A stretch of 64,000 nt of DNA, from NCBI GenBank assembly GCA_904063045.1, contig CAJFCJ010000028.1:625230-689229 (forward strand), given 5' to 3'. Made by a program: the position numbers and the translations under genes. The stretch is from Dimorphilus gyrociliatus. Lineage: Eukaryota > Animalia > Annelida. The notes below the pieces were generated by a model, which ran no database searches, was not told the DNA's origin, and saw nothing but the letters and a program-made list of their open reading frames with translations. Of this stretch, positions 43,601 to 54,243 are shown in pieces. How positions within the stretch are numbered: the stretch's first letter is position 1; every line of letters begins with the position of its first letter.

Positions 43601-46600
43601 TTTCAATATGTCAAATAATTTATTTCAACAATAAAAAGTCAAGTTATCTAATGAAACAATAAAGAGAATAAAACACTTTTTATGTATATGTTGATTACGG
43701 TGGGCGTAAATTGATATTTCTTAGAACATTTAAGTTTTGAAGCCGCTGGTTCAACAGTTCGAAATATGATATTACAACATGTGTTATTGTATCTCGAAAG
43801 ACAAACTGAAATATTTTTATTCATCTATCTACCATCTAAAAGCTAAAAGGCATAGATAAATGGGCTACTAATCGTATTTGATACCTTTCAAAATGTTACA
43901 TTAAAGATGTTTTAGAATACTATCTCTCTATTTAATAAATAAAAGAGCAGTTAACCTAGAATTTAGTGTTCTGACTGACAGAAAGAAACTCTTTCACTAT
44001 GTTAATCCAACCTATAACCTATTTAAATTTACTGAAATATTTTACTGTCATTAAATTTAATCCCATATCAATATTTCATTTGAAATTTTTCATTTAATAT
44101 CAAATTCACCCTTGTAAAATATTAATTAGAGAGCTATTAATAATCTATGGAAATGTGATAGGCGTTCTCCTCGAGAAAATAAAGCATTTTCTTTCAATAT
44201 TCTTTGTAAAATGTGCCATATTACTATTATTATTATGATAAGTTTTTATTAATTTTACGATATTTTCACCGCAAATCAATACATGTATTCAATTGTTATA
44301 GATCTTAACAAGAGACAATCCAATTCTTAAGAAAAAAATTAGGGTATAAGAAAGTACAACTTCTAGGATTATTTTTTGTTATTTTATTATTATTATTATT
44401 ACAAGTATTTCTTATTGCCTCTTCACTAAAAGAGATTATACTAAAGAATATTCCTTTCTGCTTCAACTAGCATATTCTGTTTCACTCAATGACCCTAAAG
44501 TTTATTAAATATGTTATAGCACAGTTGGTTTGAATTTGATATTTAGGAAGTTTCCAACTGAATAGTTTGCATTTGAGTGCTTTTGTAGTTACTTTATACT
44601 TATGCATTTATAATGTTTTTCTCTCAATTGCTTTTTACAGAGTGATGTAAGTCACAAGGTTCTGCCTAGTGTAATAAAGGAAGGGAGTGATTTGGATAGT
44701 GAGAACGGTAGTTATAAATTAATGTTATTCTTTTTAAATCAGTTATATGATAGACTCGCGAATATTTTTTAAGCATATAATTAGTGCAGTTTATTTATAA
44801 AGTTGCACGGAAACGCTGTTTTTTTAAAACTGTAAGCAGAGGTATTAACACGTGGCATGATGCAGTGACATTTCTTCTGTTTATACAATTTATTTTTTAT
44901 ATATATATTACATAGGTAAACATGTATAAAACTATATACTTTGTTTTGTTAACTATTGTTGTGTTAATATTTTTTTCCAAACTGTTTCAACCATGCATAT
45001 TCTCTGGCTATGAAAGGTGGAAGAGTCTCTAATTTATTTATATTTTCTGTCAAGGACTGCAAAGTAGATCATACCTGCACCAAAAACTTATTATTTTCAA
45101 TGAATGGTTCAGTTTGCTACTTTGAATTTTTTTTCCAGACCAAAATTTGTTTTGGTCTTCCCAAAAAAAACATACATCTCATTTCAACGTCTTTTAATTA
45201 ATGTTAATAACCGGTCTAGGATAATTGGTCTTATATTTTATATTCTTGCGCTCGTTTCAAAAATAAATATTAAGCAATCGAATAATTGTTTAACGATCTT
45301 CTTTGTTCAGACAAGTCAACATTAAATTGTGACCAGTTGACTTTTTATTGCAAAAGGTATTGAAGGATGTTTGTTAATTATTAATTTAATTATTGTTATA
45401 ATCGTTGCTTTCGTTTATTTTTCTCATGCATGCTGCTACATTTTTATTTAGTTTAATCTGACAGAAAAATTTTTACTATTTTAATTGATTTAGAAAAAAA
45501 GAATAAGAAATTTTAACGTAGTTTTTTCTCAGTCGCAAAATCACAATGCTTATTTTTTTTAACACACCTCCCCCAGCTAAAGTTAATTATGGCAAAAACT
45601 GTTTTAATATTATTTAACAGATTTTGCTCTATAGTTTCGGCTTGGATTTTTTTTATTTTTTTTGGTGTTGTATTATTCTGATATCTAGACCAGTATTTGA
45701 GGGTTTTTACAATATTTCATTATTTGATATTATTTTTATCATTCGTCCATACTAAGAATTATATACGTAGATAAAACCCAATACCATATTGGTCTAGGTT
45801 CATGCAACAACCGCAAGGTGACGGCTTGTGAGCATACTGCTTTTTTAAATTTGCATACTAAACTAGTTTTACGGGTATAAATTTTGGACAATCTGCAGTG
45901 ATAATGAAGATTGTTGCGGTAAGTTTTCATACCTGCATGAAGATTTTAATGCTACACAGATTTTTTGTGTGCGATATCTTTAAAAAAACAAACAAACAAC
46001 TTTTGTAGTAGTTTTATTAATAGAGGGATTTGTGTTTCTTGTGGTCTTACTTTTATTATAGCATTTTCACATAGTTCGTTAATCGACTAACTGGTCTTCT
46101 AAAGAAAGTTTTGTCAAAGTTCAAATGAGATCTGATTGATTATGATAGAAAGCTTTTCCCACAAATTCTTTTTCAACAGTTTTTATTCACCAAGACTGAT
46201 AATTCTCATTTTTTTATAGCTTTTTTTTTGCAATGAAAAATCATTTGAAATTTCAGACAAACTTTCTGTCTCTTAACCTGTGGTGTTTGTGAATGCTTAA
46301 TCAAAAATCTAGTCGTTAACCCCTAATTGCCTTCCCTTTCCGCCTCTAATATGACTATAAATCCTTTTCGTTTATTACTTCGAGAGACAAGTGTTTGATA
46401 CAATTTTGAAATTTAATAAGTTGAAAAATTTTCAGATCTAAAAGAGGTGAGATTAATATAATTTATGCCAAAATATCACTTTTAATCGTGTGTCGAATAA
46501 TCAACTAATTCTCTCTTTATAAACAATCAACACATCCCCATTAACAATCTTGCCATTTTTAGTTCTGTAACGCTTTCTGTCATTACTTTTTCAAATCTGC

Positions 46601-47189
46601 ATGATAAGCTTTCTGAATATGGATGAACCTGCTTTTGGCAAAAATGTTGTACTCTTTAGATAGTCATGAATATTAAATTTCACTTGTAACTTCACCCAAC
46701 TAGAAGTAATTCTATAAAATTGTGTTACTTCAAACTACAATTTTCTTAGGTAATTTAATTGATTTAAAGATGGAAAATTTATCATATCTTTCGATTTAAC
46801 ACTTAGATCTGGAGATTCTCGTAGACTTAAAATTTCTCGTTTCATTTTAAAAAACAAAAATATGAAACCCTACAAAACTGCGACCATAAAAACAATAGCA
46901 ACGCCTGTTTCCTATAACATATAGACAAAATGTACGCTTTTGGGATATAAAAGATTGATAGTTGTTCGACTATCTAGAGAAAAACATTTTTGTACTTGCT
47001 TTTCAAGTTAACAATAAAGAGAAATAAAAAAGAGCGTCGGTGACAGGCGATTATGTTATTTAATTTTTTTTTTCAAAAATTTTCCATTTTTGTAATGTAG
47101 GGTGAACAACGAAACGTGTAGATGCTCATGAAGGTATATATACACCGCTGAATGCACTTTTTTGATTAGTGTTGTGTTCTGGTGCAAAC

Positions 47190-47470
47190 AATTCTACCTA
47201 TCTGGCGCCATTTTGTCGTCTTTTTCTCAAAATGCTTGCTAATTTTAATTAAAAAGACTTGCATAAATTGGTTTTTATTTTTTAAATATTTTACCTTAGC
47301 TAAATGAATTTGTATGTAGTTTTTATTATTAATGCACATTATTCCTTCCTACTTATTATACATTAATTTCTGCACTTATCTTACAACTCAGAACCCAAGT
47401 AGAGCCCTCTTGCTTGGCTTTCGAGTACAAACTTTATTTCCGTTAAATCGTCCCTATCACTAACAGGTTA
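47190..47470 (+). promoter_or_regulatory. Candidate promoter/first exon of the GPATCH8-like gene
   Basis: YY1-type GGCGCCATTTT at ~47206-47216 and donor CAG|GTTATG at 47467. Confidence 0.35.
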
Positions 47471-49345
47471 TGTTTATTTATTTTGCTAAAATACTTTTGG
47501 TTCCAAGGTGATGGTTTCTTTATTCCCATCAGTGAGATATCATTTGCTACGAAATGAGGAATAGGAAGTTTTCTCTCTGTCCTCATGTTTTATCTATACA
47601 TATATACGAAAACTACTTTTATATGTATTCTGTATATATCTCTTAATGTAGCTTTGAGCAATCTGTCTTTCGATTTCGACCGAGCTCAGACAGTATGTTG
47701 CTTTCAAAATTTGATTTATTTAAGGATTTGGTAAAGAAAGAGAGCACCTGATAAAAGCAGTAGGCGTATCTGAAAAAGGTATGAGAACGTAGCCATATCC
47801 TCTAACTTTCTGATTTAATAGCGATAACAGCTAGATTTACTTATTCCTGCTTTCGACTTTATTTATTCAGTTAAAGTTTCATTCAGGGCAAGAAGGAACA
47901 GAGTCTGATATTAAAGTTAGTTATTGTTGAACAGTAACAGACAGCTTTACCTGTAACTGACAAAGATTAACATTATCTGCACGCTTCTTGATTATACCAT
48001 TCTCGTTCATATTCGTTATATTCGCGATCATTCACCAATTAACCACAAGAAATAGTTATCTGTTTCCCATAATTTATAAATTTTGCTTTTCTTGTATATC
48101 TCACTGATCATTTTTATGACCCTTTTTTTACCAGTTGCGTATAACTCTGTCGCTGTTCGTAGTTTCTTGGTTTATTTTTCGAAAATATCTGTCGTGTTTC
48201 TTTTGTCTAACTTCTTGTACAGGTAAACTTAAATAATATCATGCATTTCACAGAAAAACGGTAGTGTTAATTTTATTCTGCAAATGATAAAATTTAAAGA
48301 TCGAATAGTGTAGATTAGGTGATTTAGAACTAATTGCATTGATTTTTCTTCTTTCCAGATGCGTCGTAAACTAGACAGAGTATGTTATATATGTATCGTG
48401 CCTTTATTTTTTTATTTGCGAGCAATTATATTGTGTTCTATTATTTTTTCGGCCGATGCATCTGTTTTTTAAACAACGTGCTTTGTTCTAGTTAGACTTT
48501 TTTTAACTGCATAAGCTTTTTCCTATCTAGGTAATAATTAAAACGTAGCTGAGATTTTCTTTCATTTCTCGAAATGTTTGTATTAGTCCGTAATCCTCAA
48601 AGAATTGTCCACTCAATAGCAGAAATGAATTACACAATGAAGCCAATCAACTAAGATTGGAAATCTCAGCTACGCGTTTTTTTTTCTAATTTAAGAATTC
48701 CAATGATTTTAGAGCTATGTCATTATTTTTTTTCGAGTTATTCTTTTTTATTTTTGACACTTCAAAAAGCAAAAATTTGGAGTTTATAATGTTGGCGCAC
48801 TAATAACGCAGATAACTTCTATTTTCGCTTCCTGAGAATGCGTTCTCAATAAGTCAAACGCAGCAATTTACAACAGTGGCTCGTATACGTATACAATATT
48901 ATGTATGCGTATCAGTAACAATAGAAATAAACGCCTGGTAGGTGATTAGCGCGGTGACTTAAGAAAATGGTTCTACATAAGGGTAAATTAGTACTGTTGT
49001 GTAGACTTGTTTTAAGAAACCTTTTAAAATAAACTTCTTTGTATGAAAATTGTCATATAAAGAAATGTTATTTTAAGAGAGCTTTACGTTATTCAACGAA
49101 ACGTTCTAAAGAGATCCATTTTGAAATATCATTTAAAATATGTTTTGGAAACGTTCCATAAAAAAAACATGTAATCATCTTGCATATAACAGTACTGATT
49201 TATCTTAATTGTTCTAATTAATATGTTTTTTTATATAGCCTAATTTATTTTATGGACGTAATTCTTGATGAGTCGTTGATTAGAATACGCGTTAGGAACT
49301 AGAAATTTATTTAAATAAGTTAATAAATATTCTTCGTTCTTACAG

Positions 49346-52300
49346 ATGATTCCGGTGACCGATCAGTTAAAGGAGATTCGGAGAAAGAGGTAAATATTGT
49401 CTGTATAAATTCTTATATTTTATAACTTGTAAAGAAAATACTTTCTTTTTCTGCTATAACTGTACCCATAGTTTTTACTCTCGGATAAAATAGTTTATCA
49501 GTTTTCTTTTACTTTGATTTATAATTGAGGCTAATGCATTCTATTTCTTACAGGCAAAAGACAATGATCCTTCAAAGTCACCGCAGTACAATTGCGATTT
49601 GTGTAAAACACAGTACAAAAGTTGTTCAGAATATGACAATCACGTAAAGTCAGCAGATCATGTTCACAAGAAAGTAAGATATTTCGTTGTAATATATTAA
49701 GTTAGCGTTAATTCTTAAAATATATTATATTATCTCCGAATTCTCAATTTTCGACTTATTAAATCTATTTGAAACAAAATATGATAATCTGTTAAGTAGT
49801 ATAGAAATATTATGTTTCCTTATGTAAATATGCAGACGTGAAAGTTTATTTTATTATAAAAGGATCAGGAAAGGACCTTGGCATGGGTCTATACAAGACC
49901 TTAAATAGGGCTATTTATATACAGTGGTGTGTAAAAATTAATATTAAGTTTGCTGATGTCTGTTCATTATTTTTACACCGAAAGTTGATATTTTTTGCAC
50001 AAGAAGTTTTCTTTTTAGTTATTAAGATATTACAATATGCTATTTACAGAAAAATGAAGATGCTAGAACTCGCTCGCTCGCTCAAATAGTTAAAGCAAAA
50101 GACGAAAAGAAAAGCGAAAAAGAACTCCAACGATTGTTGAAATACGCCGACGATAAGTAAGATCATTGTTAATTTTTTAAGCAATTTGCCATTTACGCAT
50201 ATTTCGTTCTTCCAGGCAGAGACAAGCCCAAGAGAGAATACCCTATTATGAAACGGCCTCGAAAGGCCAACTGACTCAAACCTCGGGAAAACTATCTTTC
50301 AATTTACAAAAGAAATCTACTACGTTATCAACCATTTCTTCAATTGTTTTCTCAACAAAAACACCACGAATTGATAAACTAGATAATAATAAAGACAGTT
50401 CGCTCAAGAAAACCGATGATTCAGAGTCTAGCTCAACGGAGATGGATAAAAAGCCTAAAAAAGAGGAGGTATTTATTTATGCTCCAGATGATCAAACATA
50501 CTTGATGGTTGAGCTGTTAGATCATAAAAATAAATTTATTAAGTGGCCTAAAGATATGTGTAAGAGTACGGAATCTGAGCCGAAATTAATATATAGTGAA
50601 TATAGTGAATTTGATGGCTGCAAAGATGTTTATATGTGTGCAGAAGATATGTCATCTACAGAAAAAGTTAGAACTGACTCTGATAAAAGCTGTAATTTAT
50701 ACGAAGAAGACGATTTAGATTTCGAACCCGACTCTGATAGAGATGAAAGTGATGGAAAACTTATTGGAGAAGACAAGCAACCAAACCTTACACCTCTTCC
50801 CAATATTCCTCAGAATAAACTACCCGAAGATTTAGATGAAGATGACGCGGATCATCCTAACTTCTTACAGTTTCAACCAAGACCTGTGAAACTAGGAAAG
50901 AAAGAAAAGGAAAAGGATAAGAAATTGAGGAGAGATAATGCAAAGAAGAAAAAGAGGAAGAGGGATAAAAGCTCCGATAGCGAAAATTCAGAAGATAAGA
51001 AGAAAAAGAAGAAAAAGAAACATAAACGTGAAAAAGACCATAACGATAAGAAAGAAAAAATAAAGAAAGATAAAGAGAAAGACAAAGATAAAACTAAAGA
51101 CAAGATTTCTGAAGAGAAAGAGAACGAAGAAGAGATAAAAGATAATTCTGAAGCTGAAGTGTCTAAAATTGAAAAAGATACATCAAATTCTGAAGGAAAG
51201 AAGACACCTGAAACAAAAATCTTCAAGTTAGTTGAAACTATAACTACAAGACGGAGTTGCGATGATGAGAATCTTGAAAATATTGATCAAGAGACGAAAA
51301 CGAGTGACAAGCTGGAAGGTGTTTTAGATGAAGAGGTCAAAGAAAGTCCTATCAAAGTGGAATTAGGATCTGATGTTGATGAAAAAGACGGCGAAGAAAA
51401 TTTAAACCCCTTGGAAACAAATAAGATAGAAGTAGATCTCGAGACCGATAAATTAGATTCTGGTAGGAAAAGGCAATTATCTCCTGGAATATCAAACAAC
51501 AGTAAACGTTCAAAAGTAGAGACGAAAAAGCTTGAAGGAGTTGTAAAAGAAACTGTTGCCAGCACATGCAAATCGAAATGGGATACGTCCAGCTCAGAAA
51601 GTGAAAACGAACACATTGAAAAAAAGAAAGAACTAATCAATAATCGCTTGGAGACAATTGCCAAGACCAGCTATTCAAAGAGTGGTCGCATAAAACGATT
51701 TACAAAGTCCCCAAGTTCATCGAGATCTAGATCTCGCTCCAGGTCTAGATCTAGCTCAAGATCTAGATCCAGGTATAGATCAAAATCGAGATATGCAAGT
51801 AGATCCCGATCTAAGTCCAGATATGGGGGATATAAACCAAGAAGGTCTCGCAGGAGCTATTCGAGAAGCCCATCCAACAAAAAGAAGTCCAGTCGATACC
51901 GCAGAAGTAGAAGATATTCTAGAAGTTACTCAGAATCTAGGTCCAGATCAAGATCCAGGTCTTATACAAGATCTTCAAGTCGTAGTAGTCGATCTTATAG
52001 GTGATAATATTGAACACTGTTAATTAACGTTTAACTGTTTTTCTTTGTTTCTTTGCAGCTCTTACACTCCATCCTCCTATAGCAGGTCTTACTCAAGATC
52101 GTACTCAAGATCATATTCTAGATCTAGGTCTCACTCAAGGGGAAGAGGGCGGAGGAGAAGACGCTCATCATCTTATTACAGATACAGCTCCAGCTCAAGG
52201 TAGTACCAACGTCCATTATCATCAAAAAATAAATTTTTGCTGTTTCAGAAGCTATAGCTACTCCTCTGATTTCTCTAGAAGTCGTTCAAGGTCTTACTCT

Positions 52301-53717
52301 TACTCTAGATCGAGATCGCATAGTGCGCGTTCCCTTTTGAAGAAAAGTCCTGATGAAAAATATAGCTCATTGTTGCCTAAAAAGAATGAGACTAAAAAGA
52401 GAAAAGAAAAAGCTGGTAAAAAGACACGCATTGGAGTAAATGTAAGAAAAATATATTATTTTCGTAATTAAGTAGTTTTAAATGTATATTTAATTTTAGA
52501 ATACCAGCTCCAGTAAGCTGCCTTTTATTGGAAAGAAGAAAGCTTTAATAAAATCAGATGCACAGCGTAATAGCCTTGATTCTGACGATGAAGAAAGCAC
52601 GAAATTTAGGAAAACAGTATCACAAAAACTTTTTAAGCATATAGAAGAAAAGGAAGTCAAAGAATTAAATGAGGAAAAATCTGATAAAGACATTGATACG
52701 GACAGGGAAAAAAGGGTGGAAAAAGATGATATTCCTCTTCCTGAGATACCTCCCGAAGCAGGAAGTACATTAACCGTTTCAAATTCTAGGGAACCCGATA
52801 AAGAGGAATCCCACGGACAACATCTTTTTGGTGCATACACAAGTTATGCCAATCAGCAACAACAGCAACAGCAGGCGGCTTATATTCTTCCATACATGTA
52901 TGACAATAATGCCTATCCCATCACGTCTTCCGCATGTTCAGCTCAACCGGAAGCATCAACAGCTCAAGAAGCTGAATTAACCAATTTTATTGGCCCCAAA
53001 CTGCCTCTAAATCATCCTCTGGTTAAGAGTGGCCAAGTACCGCCTCCCCCTCCTCCGCCCGAAGAGGAAGTAGAGCCGAGAGGTATGGAGAATGTTATAC
53101 CACCAGAGAAAGCTGCCGAGTACGCTGCTCTGCAAGCTCAAGCTCAAAAGCATGCCTTGAGGAATAATGGTCAACTGGTTGAGGAAGAGGAAGAACCGCC
53201 TATGGAAGCTACGCCATGTTCTACACAAATGATGGTACCTCAAGCTGCTGCTGCTGCTGCTGCTGCCGCTGCTGCTACACCAATATTATTACAAGCACCC
53301 ACCAATATGTCATCTTCCAATTCTCTTTATTTACCCTTTCAGTCGATACCTCAAGCTGGTACTCCTGTTGTTCTACCACCGAATGTACAATTTGCTTCAG
53401 GTCTGCAAGGTTTGCAAGGAGCATACTCTGTTCATCATTCCCTCTTGCTTGCTAGGCAACAGCAAGCTTTTCTCCAACAGCAGGCCGTCCTTCAACAAGC
53501 TGCCGTTGCTCAACACCATGCAGTGCAACAAGCTCAAGCAGCAGCAGCTGCTCAGAGTGCGGCCCTACAGCATGGTACAGGATTAATAGCAACGCCCAGC
53601 GGACATATGTTTGTCTCGTTGCCACAAGGTGTTCAAAACGTTCCAACTACTCTCCCTCTAGTTGTAACGGGGGGACATCATCTTATACCAAGTAGATTCG
53701 CAAGACCGTTTATGTGA
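49346..53717 (+). CDS. GPATCH8: GPATCH8/ZNF804-family C2H2 zinc-finger protein with Lys/Glu-rich, RS-repeat and Q/A-rich regions (>1180 aa; N-terminus unresolved). Exons 49346-49389 (possibly alternative), 49554-49673, 50050-50156, 50216-52000, 52059-52199, 52249-52441, 52500-53717
   Basis: YNCDLCKTQY...EYDNHVKSADHVHK followed by KDEKKSEKELQRL matches the GPATCH8/ZNF804 finger and helix as I recall them (FYCELCDKQY..EFDNHINSYDHAHKQ...KDEKKQEKALRRL). Also present: WPKDMCKSTESEPKLIYS (family WPxE..TxxEPxxxYS motif), LPFIGK and IGPKLP. Confidence 0.85.
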
Positions 53718-54243
53718 AAAAAACTGGGAATAATGACAAATACAATGCTTGATAATATTCTCTAGACAATTTCTGTTTTAAAATATATGCAAGTCTATGT
53801 TCTTTATCGCTCTGCATGCTTAATTTATTTGTACAGCGCTGCATTGCAATGTTTCCTCTCTTTTTTGAATGTATTACACAGTTACAGAGCACAACACTTG
53901 CTTCATTATTGTTAGTAAATACTATTGAATCGTAAATTGATAATGAAATTGCTTTAAGAGATATTTGAAAAAAAAATTGTTCAACTTAAAATTATAATAA
54001 TTGTAATATTTATTTAGATCAGACACTTAAAAACATTAAAGAGATTTCTTTACTAAATCTATACTGGTGCTTAACAGACGTAGAGGGTAATTTGTAGATA
54101 TCGATTATAACGTGTAAGTCGTCAGCTTGGGGTAGAAGGTGTTCTTAAGCTACAACGAAAGTATAGGAAGAAGCGTCAATTCACCATATAATAATTATCG
54201 GCTAATAAACAAAGTCTAATGTGAAGTAATTGGACAATCCAGT

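Noticed and set aside
49832-49963. C/D snoRNA-like layout (GCAGAC/GTCTGT terminal stem, CTGA D box)
   Set aside because: C box GTGAAAG deviates from RTGATGA and there is no plausible rRNA guide. The island is better explained as a cassette exon.
50873-51664. Minus-strand ORFs of 117, 125 and 71 aa
   Set aside because: Antisense shadows of the Lys/Glu/Ser-rich GPATCH8-like exon; F/S/L-rich low complexity with no independent signals.
52496-53646. Several overlapping alternative-frame and antisense ORFs in the last GPATCH8-like exon
   Set aside because: Explained by higher GC and GCT/CAG repeats in the real coding frame.
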